From a virus (lineage: Duplodnaviria > Caudoviricetes), in IMG/VR virus record IMGVR_UViG_3300028048_000039, positions 224,001 to 288,000 of that record: DNA of 64,000 bases; one strand, written 5' to 3'. The notes below the pieces were generated by a model. That model saw only the letters and a list, made by a program, of their open reading frames with translations. It did no database searches and was not told the DNA's origin. Of this stretch, positions 18,640-27,766 are shown piece after piece. The translations under genes and the position numbers were made by a program. Every line of letters starts with the position of its first letter. Position 1 is the first letter of the stretch.

Positions 18640-21600
18640 ATGAAAGCAAAAAAACTGAGCAGGCAACATATTATTAAAGAGTCTCGTGAAGGGAAGAACA
18701 TAGCAAAAGCAAGGCATTATCTCGAATCTAATGGGTTAAGCAGAAGGGAATCTTGGGAAAAGGTTGATGATATTCGTACAAAGATACCTAACGTGAGAGG
18801 CGCACAATGTAAATTCCTTATCGGCGTTGCAAGATTATATATTAATGGTGAATTGGAAGACAGCATGGTTGTTTCTAATCTTAATAAAACACTTAAATAT
18901 GTAACTTCTGAAGCTCATGTTAATGAATATGATGAAAATCTGAATGGCATGTCTGCCAAGGACCTTATTGAACGTTTTAAGGGTGTTGCCGCTTCAGACC
19001 TGGATGCTGAAATCGAAAAAAGTAATGCAAGAAATTTAACTAGAAACGAGGATTACGTCATCATTCCAATTGACACCCCAGAAGAGGCTGTAAAATATAG
19101 AAAATACACAAGCTGGTGCGTAACTCGTTCTTCAAATATGTATAATAACTATACATCTGATGGCCTTGGAAGATTTTACTTCTGTCTCAGAAAAGGATTT
19201 GAAAACGAGCCAAAAGCAAGGGGTGATGGCTGCCCACTTGATAGTTATGGCCTTTCAATGATAGCTGTTTCCATAAACATGGATGGTAGCGTTAATACGA
19301 TTACTTGCCGTTGGAACCATGACAATGGTGGAAATGACAATATTATGACCGTTGAACAGCTTGAGGATATCCTAGGATTAAATTTCTACCAAACATTTAA
19401 GCCTTATTCAAGGGAAGAACTTCACGCAAAAGGTGTTATCTTTTTTGATGAAGTACAAGGACTTCTCGATTCCGGAAAGAAACCTAAAGATATTTTTGAT
19501 TGGGCTGGTTATTTCTATAATGGATTTGCATGTGTGCAATTAAATAGAAAATGGAATTTCTTAGACACTGAAGGAAAGCTCCTTAGCAATGTCTGGTTTG
19601 ATTGGGTTGGTGATTTCAACAAGGATGGATTTGCAAAGGTAGAATTAAATGGAAATTGGAATTTCTTAGACACTGAAGGAAAAATCATTAGTGATAAGTG
19701 GTTTAATTTGGCTGGTGATTTCTATAATAGAGTTGCAAGGGTTAAATTAAATGAAAAATGGAATCTCATAAACACCGAAGGAAAATTCATTAGTGATACA
19801 TGGTTTGAATGGATTGGTGAATTCCTTAAAGGACTTGCATGTGTGGTATTAAATAATAAATACAATTTTATAAACACCGAAGGAAAACCTATTAGTGATA
19901 CATGGTATAATAGTGCTGCTGATTTCCATGAAGGATATGCAATTGTAGGATTAAATGAAAAATATAATTTTATAAACTCCGAAGGAAAGCTCATTAGTGA
20001 TACGTGGTTTGATAGAGCTTGGGCTTTCCAGGATGGGTTTGCACTGGTGGAATTAAATGGAAAATGTAATTACATAAACACTGAAGGAAAGCTCATTAGT
20101 GATACGTGGTTTGATAGAGTTTGGGCTTTCCAGGATGGGTTTGCAGTTGTAGGATTAAATGGAAAATGTAATTACATAAACACTGAAGGAAAACTCCTTA
20201 GTGATACGTGGTTTAATTTGGCTGCTGATTTCCATGAAGGATATGCACAGGTGAGATTAAATGGGAAATTGTGTAAATTAGATAAGGAAGGAAATTTATA
20301 TGATTATTTTACAGGAGAATTAGTGAAAAAAGCAACTCTCCAAGAAAGCCATAAGACACTTTATATAACTGAAACACAACTTTCTGAAATAAAGAAAAGG
20401 CATAAGAAGAAAAAGAAAGACTGTTCTGCAATGGCACAAGTACATAATAAAGTAAATGCAGGAATTATGGATGGAATTACCTGTGGAGGAATGATGGAAG
20501 CCGCCGAACCAGAATCAAATGAATATAAAATTGGTAGTGAAGGTGGAAATAACGAATATTTCCATGCAATCAATGAAAGCCCAGAAGTTGTAAATGTATC
20601 TGGTTATGATTTATCATTCCAAAGCAAAGACTCCCACACATTCTTATGTATAGATGGTTATAATGATGTCTTTGTTTCAGATGGCCCTATAACCCACGGT
20701 GACTTTGTTGAAGAACTCCTTGATAGCGGTAAATTACCGGAAGAGGTATATGACATTATTATTGACAATGGAATAAAAATCCCTTACAATAATAAGAAAA
20801 CTGGACGTTATTGGGAAGAAGAGAATATACTGTCATTTTGGAAAACACCGTTGAAAAAGGCCGATAGAAACAACATCTTAGATGTCATTGATGCATTGAG
20901 GGAAAAATTAGAGGTTGATACAAATACTTTACTAATTGAATATTGGGATAATACGATTAAATCAATGTTGGTACCATATGCTTGGTTTTTCAATAACACA
21001 TTAGATATTTATATTGATAGACTGCGTGACCTTAGACCAATAGATAAAAATAGAACACTCTTTATGATGAAGTTAGATAATGGGGTGTGGTGCATAAATA
21101 GAACTGGTAGTGAGATTGAAGAGTTTAGTAAAATGAATATGATGGCGATTAGGGAAAATAAGATGTTAAATGAGGGTCTTTCCTCAAAGGACTATGACTT
21201 TAAGAAAGATTTTAAATCAATCCTAAAGTTCATGAGAAAGGAAGGACTCAAGGTTTATCCATACCCTAAGGTAAAGCTTAATTGGGAAGACCAAGATGGT
21301 TTATTCATTAGAACTGGTTACTATCTCCCTGATGAAAAGACCGTTGTCATATTCTGTAAGGACAGACACCCAAAGGACATTCTTCGTTCATTCTGCCATG
21401 AAATGATACATCACATGCAAAACCTTGAAGGAAAGGACCTTAACTTTACAACAACCAATGTAAAGGACGATGGTCGCTTGGAGAAAATTGAAAGCGAGGC
21501 ATACGTTAAAGGTAATATCTATTTTAGGAAATGGACGGAACATAAGAACAAGAAGGAGATGCTTAACGAAGGAAGAAAGAATAAAGTAGTAAAGAATGAT

Positions 21601-24600
21601 GAAGGTGAAGTTGTTCCTGAAAAGTGTGATAAATGTGGCGGTGAGGTGGTTTTACAAATACATGGCGAGCCAATATACTTATGCCGTAAGTGCAAAAAAT
21701 ACTTTGGCACAATGCCATTCCCCGAAAATCTTAATGAGGAACTTGAAACTGAGATAAGTTCTGATGAGGTTGACCTTTCATCATTTAACATTAAACACAA
21801 CCTAAATCCTAAATTCTGGAAAGATGGTCACCTTGACTCAAGAATAAGACTGAAGCTTCTTGACATTTCCGATGACTTTATTGATACACTTAACGTTGAT
21901 TGGGTAAAACCGGTAGATACAATCATTACTGGCTCAATAGCAAATTTCAACTGGCATAAAGACTATTCTGACATTGACCTGCACGTACTCTATGACTTCT
22001 CTGAGATTGATGAGAATACTGACTTTGTAAAGGAATACTTTGATTCAAAGAAGAAGCTTTGGAACGAGGAACATGAGGACCTTAACGTCTATGGTTTTCC
22101 TGTTGAGGTATATGTACAGGACGTTAATGAGAAGCATGCTTCCTCTGGCGTCTATTCACTTGATAAGAATGAATGGATTACCAAGCCAGAACGTGATAAA
22201 CTTGCTAAATCCAAGATAAATAAGGAATATATTAAGGAAAAGGTTGCTCACTACGTAAATCTCATTGATATCTTAAAGTCTGATTACGAAAAAGCAAATG
22301 GTGACGAATATAAGATAAGGAAGACAAGTGAGAGAGCAGAAAAACTCTTTAAGAAGATAAAGTCTGAAAGGACAAATGAATTTGATAAGGGTAAGGGAGA
22401 GATTTCCAATGGTAACATCATCTTCAAGACATTAAGGAGAATGGACTACATTGGTGACTTGTTAGACCTAAGGAGAAAGTGCTATGACAGTCTTAATTCA
22501 ATAAATGAAGGGAAGCTCTTGACCGAGAACACACAGTCAAAGGCAAAGGAAAGGACACTTAAGGTTATCCGTGACTTCTTTGAAAACTCTCCATTTCTTG
22601 ATGCTGAATTGGGTACTGAACAGGAAAGCAAACTTTACATAATGCAAATTCTTCGTAACTTTGAAGACGTCTTCTATCATGGGGAGATTAAGGACAGTAA
22701 AGTTAGAAGGCTTGAACCAATGATTGCATTGATAGCATTGAAAGCTGGGTTTGGAAGCCCTCTTGTCGATAGGAAGAAGATAGATAGGCTTAGGGAAATA
22801 CTCAATTATATCTACATTGCAGATATGAAGGGAATAATTAATGCTTCAAATATCTCCTTAGACACTACATTTGAACAACTTGAAAATCAATTTGGGAAGG
22901 CAATAGACTCTGAATCCGCTGAGGAAAAAGAAGTCAGGAAAAAACAACAATTCGCAATAAGAAATGATTATAAGGTAGTTCAGATAAAGAACTTTAAAGA
23001 GGCAAACAAGTACGGAAATCACTCTTGTCCAGAATCTAAGCTTTGTTATACACAAGGTGAGCATACTTGGAATAACTATACCAACAATGGTCGAAATAGT
23101 GCATACGTAATTCTAAAGGATGGGTGGGAAAACATTGAGCCAGTACATGATGACAGAAGCAACTCTCCTTATGATACTTATGGCCTTTCAATGATATTTG
23201 TATTTGTTGCTCCAAATGGAAGGATAGCATACTCTAATACGAGGTGGAATCATAAGGCAGACTACGGAAAATTCCACAAGACTTGTGACCAAGCATTTAA
23301 TGAAGGTGAAATAAGCAAACTAATAGGAGTTAACTTTGAAGATGTCTTTAAGCCCGCCAATTTAAGTAGTTATATAACAGTTAAAGAAATACAGAAAAAG
23401 ATTGATAATGGTGCAAAAATAAGTGATTATCTTTACATCTCAGAAGAAAGATTTGGTAAAAGATATTGTACTGTTAGACTTATAGTGGAAGGTGAACATG
23501 AGTGGGCCCCTGGTTATTCTAATATTTTTGACAAGGAAGAGAAAAAGTTGTTGTTTGATGATTGGCTTTATAGTGCCTATGGCGTTATGCAAAATAGATA
23601 TATTGTGGTTAAGGCCGATAATGAACATTATAATATATTTGACCCAAAAAACGGTATACTTATGTTTAAGTTTTGGGTAGAACAAATGGATTATGTCGGT
23701 GCTAACAATTTACTTGGAATAAAATTATCTGGAAAATTTAATATTCTAAATCTTTTAACCGGTAATTTTATAAGTAAACAGTGGTTCGATAATGAATACA
23801 TTAATAGCTTCTATGATGGTTTATTAAAGGTAAAGTTAAATAATAAGGAAAACTTTATAAATGAACAAGGAAAATTATTCTCAGAACAATGGTTTGATGA
23901 AATTCATGGTATCTTTTATCACAATAATGTTGTTTCAGTTAAATTGAACAAGAAGTGGAATTTTATGGATAAAAACGGCAAATGTTTGTCTGAAACATGG
24001 TTTAATAGTGTAGATAAATGGGATATTCATGGTTTTAGAAGGGTTAAACTAAAAGAAAAAGGATTCAATTTCTTCAATTGTGAAACAAGAGAACTCATTT
24101 CAAAACAATGGTTTGACAAGGTTTACGCATTTAAGGCAAATGGCCTTGCTCAAGTAGTGAAAAATGGAAAATATAATTTACTTAGAAGAAACGGAACGCT
24201 CGTGTCAAACGATTGGTACGATTATATGGGAGAACGTAAGGGAAATATCTTTGTTAAAAAGAACGGAAAGTATAATATTATTAATGATAATAACGAATTA
24301 TTATTTGATGAGTGGTTTGCATCAATTACAATTATAACTAAGACACTTATTGCCCTTTATGATGTTAATACTTGGAGTGACAGCCATTGTAAATTATTTG
24401 ATAAGGCCACAAATCAGATTGTTGGTGAATATGATTATGTTTCCCCATGGAAGATGAATGGGGCTTACTATGTAAAAAAAGGCAATAGATACAACATCAT
24501 CGACGGAAAAGGAAAACTCTTATCAAAGGTTTGGTTTGATAAATATAATGATTATTACAAAGAAGGGAAAAATATATCTATTAAGATAAACAATGAATGG

Positions 24601-24639
24601 TATAGACTCGATAAAGATGGAAATATTATAAGAAATTAA
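18640..24639 (+). CDS. 1999-aa polyvalent virion-cargo polyprotein (2x RWNH domain, WG repeats, HEXXH peptidase, Zn ribbon, Pol-beta-type nucleotidyltransferase)
   Basis: Late motif at 18610; CHEMIHH; CDKC..CRKC; TGS..SDIDLH..VEVY; two YGLSMI..RWNH domains; modules separated by LQE/INE/LNE/LTE. Confidence 0.8.
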   Translation: MKAKKLSRQHIIKESREGKNIAKARHYLESNGLSRRESWEKVDDIRTKIPNVRGAQCKFLIGVARLYINGELEDSMVVSNLNKTLKYVTSEAHVNEYDENLNGMSAKDLIERFKGVAASDLDAEIEKSNARNLTRNEDYVIIPIDTPEEAVKYRKYTSWCVTRSSNMYNNYTSDGLGRFYFCLRKGFENEPKARGDGCPLDSYGLSMIAVSINMDGSVNTITCRWNHDNGGNDNIMTVEQLEDILGLNFYQTFKPYSREELHAKGVIFFDEVQGLLDSGKKPKDIFDWAGYFYNGFACVQLNRKWNFLDTEGKLLSNVWFDWVGDFNKDGFAKVELNGNWNFLDTEGKIISDKWFNLAGDFYNRVARVKLNEKWNLINTEGKFISDTWFEWIGEFLKGLACVVLNNKYNFINTEGKPISDTWYNSAADFHEGYAIVGLNEKYNFINSEGKLISDTWFDRAWAFQDGFALVELNGKCNYINTEGKLISDTWFDRVWAFQDGFAVVGLNGKCNYINTEGKLLSDTWFNLAADFHEGYAQVRLNGKLCKLDKEGNLYDYFTGELVKKATLQESHKTLYITETQLSEIKKRHKKKKKDCSAMAQVHNKVNAGIMDGITCGGMMEAAEPESNEYKIGSEGGNNEYFHAINESPEVVNVSGYDLSFQSKDSHTFLCIDGYNDVFVSDGPITHGDFVEELLDSGKLPEEVYDIIIDNGIKIPYNNKKTGRYWEEENILSFWKTPLKKADRNNILDVIDALREKLEVDTNTLLIEYWDNTIKSMLVPYAWFFNNTLDIYIDRLRDLRPIDKNRTLFMMKLDNGVWCINRTGSEIEEFSKMNMMAIRENKMLNEGLSSKDYDFKKDFKSILKFMRKEGLKVYPYPKVKLNWEDQDGLFIRTGYYLPDEKTVVIFCKDRHPKDILRSFCHEMIHHMQNLEGKDLNFTTTNVKDDGRLEKIESEAYVKGNIYFRKWTEHKNKKEMLNEGRKNKVVKNDEGEVVPEKCDKCGGEVVLQIHGEPIYLCRKCKKYFGTMPFPENLNEELETEISSDEVDLSSFNIKHNLNPKFWKDGHLDSRIRLKLLDISDDFIDTLNVDWVKPVDTIITGSIANFNWHKDYSDIDLHVLYDFSEIDENTDFVKEYFDSKKKLWNEEHEDLNVYGFPVEVYVQDVNEKHASSGVYSLDKNEWITKPERDKLAKSKINKEYIKEKVAHYVNLIDILKSDYEKANGDEYKIRKTSERAEKLFKKIKSERTNEFDKGKGEISNGNIIFKTLRRMDYIGDLLDLRRKCYDSLNSINEGKLLTENTQSKAKERTLKVIRDFFENSPFLDAELGTEQESKLYIMQILRNFEDVFYHGEIKDSKVRRLEPMIALIALKAGFGSPLVDRKKIDRLREILNYIYIADMKGIINASNISLDTTFEQLENQFGKAIDSESAEEKEVRKKQQFAIRNDYKVVQIKNFKEANKYGNHSCPESKLCYTQGEHTWNNYTNNGRNSAYVILKDGWENIEPVHDDRSNSPYDTYGLSMIFVFVAPNGRIAYSNTRWNHKADYGKFHKTCDQAFNEGEISKLIGVNFEDVFKPANLSSYITVKEIQKKIDNGAKISDYLYISEERFGKRYCTVRLIVEGEHEWAPGYSNIFDKEEKKLLFDDWLYSAYGVMQNRYIVVKADNEHYNIFDPKNGILMFKFWVEQMDYVGANNLLGIKLSGKFNILNLLTGNFISKQWFDNEYINSFYDGLLKVKLNNKENFINEQGKLFSEQWFDEIHGIFYHNNVVSVKLNKKWNFMDKNGKCLSETWFNSVDKWDIHGFRRVKLKEKGFNFFNCETRELISKQWFDKVYAFKANGLAQVVKNGKYNLLRRNGTLVSNDWYDYMGERKGNIFVKKNGKYNIINDNNELLFDEWFASITIITKTLIALYDVNTWSDSHCKLFDKATNQIVGEYDYVSPWKMNGAYYVKKGNRYNIIDGKGKLLSKVWFDKYNDYYKEGKNISIKINNEWYRLDKDGNIIRN
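19474..20290 (+). repeat. Eight tandem ~102-nt (34-aa) WG/KWG-type repeats
   Basis: Unit GK(L/I/F/P)ISDTWF...F..GFA.V.LNGK.N(F/Y)INTE; near-identical copies start at 19981 and 20083. Confidence 0.9.
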
Positions 24640-24732
24640 GCAATATAATGATTTTTGGTGATTTTTTCACTTTTCTATACTATTTATTAAAAAAATATTG
24701 AAAATAATTTTATTACAAAAAAATAAAAGAAT

Positions 24733-26451
24733 ATGGCAAGTTTCAATGAAACTCTAGAAAGAATGAAGGCTCTCTACACCTATGGTAATGAGGTAAATGA
24801 GAACAAAAACGTGAGTACACATTCACTTGAATATCATACTATAGGTGCTGATGGTAAGGCTTATGGTATTATAAGAGAGAACAATAAGTACTATATCAAG
24901 ACCGCTCCTAAGAACAAGGAGATGATTGCTGAGGCTTACGATTATATCGGTGGCTTCAATAATAAGTCTGACTATGAATACAAGAGCTATTCAAATGCCT
25001 TTAAGAATATTGCACTTAAGATGGCTTCAGTCAATGAGGCTTGTGAGGCTAATGTGAATATCACTACTTTGGACCCATTCAAGAAGAATGAGTTCCTTGT
25101 AGAGGGTACTGAGGCTATGAAGAATGAGATTGCACGTCAGCGTCAAATTATGTACAACACTTCAATGCTTATGAACGAGGCAACTGAGATAGGTGCTGCT
25201 CGTAAGCCTAGCGGAGTTGTTATGTTTGACGGAAAACAGCCAGAGGCTGAAACCGGAAAGAAGGGTGACGAGGGTTACAAGAAGACCAACGCAGCACCTG
25301 ACTACAAGGGCTCAAAGACTGGTGGTGTTAAGAAGAATGCAGTTCCATTTGAGAAAGGCGCAAAGGTAAATGAAGCTTGCGATGCTGCTGGATGCGACCG
25401 TGAAAAGAAGGACTGGGGTTCAGTAGGAATTGGTAAGGGTGAAGACCCTAAGACCGTTGGTTGGGACATGGAAGGACAAACTAAGGTAAACGAAGGCGAA
25501 GCATGCCCTAAGTGCGGTTGCGAACCTTGCAAGTGTGAAAAAGTGAATGAAAATGAAGATTGGGCTTCTCAGGGACTTCCTTCAACCCCTGGAGTTGGTG
25601 AGGCAGATACTGACCATAACAACGACCCATTCAACAAGGCTATCAATGAGGATGACTTCGACGATGAATTGAATTCAGACCCAGAGGATGGCGAATTTGA
25701 GGATACTGATGACTTTGATACTGATGAGCCAGATGTAGAAGGTGACGCTGAATTTGAGCTTTCTTCTGATGATGAGGAAAAACCAGAAATGGACGACATT
25801 GATGATGAGGAAGATTTCCCAGAGGATGATGAGGAACCTGAAATGGATGATGACCTCGAAGACGAGGATGACCTTGATGACGAAGATTTTGAGGATGAGC
25901 CAGAAATGGATGATGACCTCGAAGGTAGCGAAGACCTCGAAGGTAGCGAAGACTTCGAAGATGAGGATGACTTTGACGTAGAGGACGACTTTGAAGACGA
26001 CGAAGAAGATTTCGACGATGACGAAGACATTGATGCAGAAGGCGAAATTGATGACGAGCCAGAGAGTGACTTCCCCGAAGATGATGAGGAAATGGATAAT
26101 GAACTTGATTCAGAAAACGATTTCCCTGAAGATGATGAGAAAGAAGAACTTAATGAAGCTAAGAGACGCCTTATGGAAAAGACCGTTAAGAGCGTTACTT
26201 CCAAGATACTCAAGGAAGACGAGCTTCACGTGTTTGGAAAGCACCCAGGATATCGCAAGAAACCTATGGAGCTTCCTTCAACTGGTGAGGACAAGAATCA
26301 GTGGGGTGAAGATTGGAATGACGAAAGTGCACATTCCGAAGAGCCATTTGGAAGCAAGATTGGCGATGGTAACCCATTTAACGTATTAGTTAATTCAATT
26401 ACTAAGAACGTTATGAACAAGCTTATGGAAGGTAAAAAAAAAGTGAAATAA
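24733..26451 (+). CDS. Acidic prohead core/internal protein
   Basis: Late motif at 24680; long D/E tract; many VNE/INE/LNE/LKE motifs; CPKCGCEPCKC; ends at an A9 run. Confidence 0.7.
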   Translation: MASFNETLERMKALYTYGNEVNENKNVSTHSLEYHTIGADGKAYGIIRENNKYYIKTAPKNKEMIAEAYDYIGGFNNKSDYEYKSYSNAFKNIALKMASVNEACEANVNITTLDPFKKNEFLVEGTEAMKNEIARQRQIMYNTSMLMNEATEIGAARKPSGVVMFDGKQPEAETGKKGDEGYKKTNAAPDYKGSKTGGVKKNAVPFEKGAKVNEACDAAGCDREKKDWGSVGIGKGEDPKTVGWDMEGQTKVNEGEACPKCGCEPCKCEKVNENEDWASQGLPSTPGVGEADTDHNNDPFNKAINEDDFDDELNSDPEDGEFEDTDDFDTDEPDVEGDAEFELSSDDEEKPEMDDIDDEEDFPEDDEEPEMDDDLEDEDDLDDEDFEDEPEMDDDLEGSEDLEGSEDFEDEDDFDVEDDFEDDEEDFDDDEDIDAEGEIDDEPESDFPEDDEEMDNELDSENDFPEDDEKEELNEAKRRLMEKTVKSVTSKILKEDELHVFGKHPGYRKKPMELPSTGEDKNQWGEDWNDESAHSEEPFGSKIGDGNPFNVLVNSITKNVMNKLMEGKKKVK

Positions 26452-27047
26452 GCGAGAAGAAAGTCATAAAGATTCCGAAGAAAAAAGCATCAACGGAGGG
26501 TCCAGATAATGCACCTTCTGCTGATGCTTCTTCTTTACCTCCAGAGGACTCAAATATGGGTGGTAATGACCCAGCAATGAACCCAGAACCACCAATGAAT
26601 GACGATGGAATGGATAATCCTGCACCAGCAGATGATGGAATGAACAACTCTGCCCCAATGGACGGCGGAATGAATAACGAACCGCCAATGGATGAACCTA
26701 TGGGTGATGAACCTATGAATGATAACCCAGAAATGGGTGGTGGTGAAGGTGACGACAGCACAATGTCAATCATTAATCAGCTTAGCCCTAAGGATAAAGA
26801 GGCTGTTCGTGCTTATGCTGAGAGTATGCTTTCAAGAGATGAAAGTCAGAATGGCATTGGTGATGAACCAATACAGGAGTCATTTATTTTTACAAAGAAA
26901 CAACTTGCCCATATAAACGAGAATTTTGGGCCAATGGCAGATGAACTTAATGATAAAGAAAAAAACGTTAGGCGGATGCCCGCAAAGAAGGAGAAGGGAA
27001 AGCTTAGTAATAAGTCACCATTTTCTTCACCAAAATTCAAAAAATAA
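26436..27047 (+). CDS. -1 frame extension of the 24733 protein (annotated ATG at 26556); prohead core protein
   Basis: Frame is open from the A9 run (KKSEISEKKVIKIP...). Pro/Met/Asp-rich, with IQE and FIFTKKQLAHINE motifs. Confidence 0.6.
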   Translation, partial: KKSEISEKKVIKIPKKKASTEGPDNAPSADASSLPPEDSNMGGNDPAMNPEPPMNDDGMDNPAPADDGMNNSAPMDGGMNNEPPMDEPMGDEPMNDNPEMGGGEGDDSTMSIINQLSPKDKEAVRAYAESMLSRDESQNGIGDEPIQESFIFTKKQLAHINENFGPMADELNDKEKNVRRMPAKKEKGKLSNKSPFSSPKFKK

Positions 27048-27051
27048 CAAG

Positions 27052-27078
27052 AAACCCCTTTAAAAAAAGGGGTTTTTT
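27052..27078 (+). terminator. Intrinsic terminator
   Basis: AAACCCCTTT...AAAGGGGTTT plus T tract. Confidence 0.75.
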
Positions 27079-27115
27079 AATTTTAATACCTATTTATTAT
27101 AAATACATTTTTATT

Positions 27116-27766
27116 ATGAAGGTAAGAAGAATTATCATCACGAACAAGCAATTGAATGAAGTGATGAAAAGGACTAAAAATGATATAAATGAAGAGAGCA
27201 CCGTTACCATTGCAGCAAAGGCTAAGGGTAACTCACTTACAGATTATTCAACAGCAGCGACAAGTCCTAACACATTGAGTGATATAGAAAAAGCAAAGGC
27301 TGTTGGTGATGTAAATTTAAAGGTTACTGGGCCTAAGGAAGATGATAGCCAGCCAACACAGGAAATTGATGTGGCTGCTGGTGATACTGTGCAGAACGCC
27401 ATATCAACACAAGGTAATACCGCATTAGTACAAAATGGTGGTGCTATTAAGATTACCGGCGATAACTTCGGTGAAGGAAAGGTTTATACAAAGAAGTCTA
27501 TTGAGGAAGCAAGATTGAAGAAGATGAGAATGGAAGGAAAGACATTCACCAAGAAACAACTTAATGAAACATTCCTTCTTGAAGGCTTTATTGAGGATAA
27601 ACTTGACCGTGTCCCAGTTAGAAAAGCCCTTAAAGGGTATGAGGCACTTGGTGGTGTTCCACAAGACTTGGCAACAGAACCAGATATGGCTGCTGTAATA
27701 ATAAGAAAGTATAATGAAGCAACTCCTGAATTACAAAAAGCCTTCATGAATATAATTAATTCTTAA
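27116..27766 (+). CDS. Putative internal head protein with three leader-like motifs
   Basis: Late motif at 27090; IIITNKQLNE, VYTKKSIEE, TFTKKQLNE. Confidence 0.65.
   Translation: MKVRRIIITNKQLNEVMKRTKNDINEESTVTIAAKAKGNSLTDYSTAATSPNTLSDIEKAKAVGDVNLKVTGPKEDDSQPTQEIDVAAGDTVQNAISTQGNTALVQNGGAIKITGDNFGEGKVYTKKSIEEARLKKMRMEGKTFTKKQLNETFLLEGFIEDKLDRVPVRKALKGYEALGGVPQDLATEPDMAAVIIRKYNEATPELQKAFMNIINS

Noticed and set aside
19747-19959. LNE motifs within the WG repeats as cleavage sites
   Set aside because: They occupy the conserved LN(G/E/N)K turn of the repeat. LxE is common by chance, so only junction sites were counted.
19474-20290. CRISPR array or DGR template/variable repeat
   Set aside because: The units are in-frame protein repeats with no spacer structure, differences are not adenine-specific, and there is no reverse transcriptase or cas gene in the window.
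25569-26213. Ser-rich antisense ORF (and similar ones at 30780-31325, 42770-43285, 14645-15604)
   Set aside because: Reverse-strand shadows of low-complexity or biased coding sequence.
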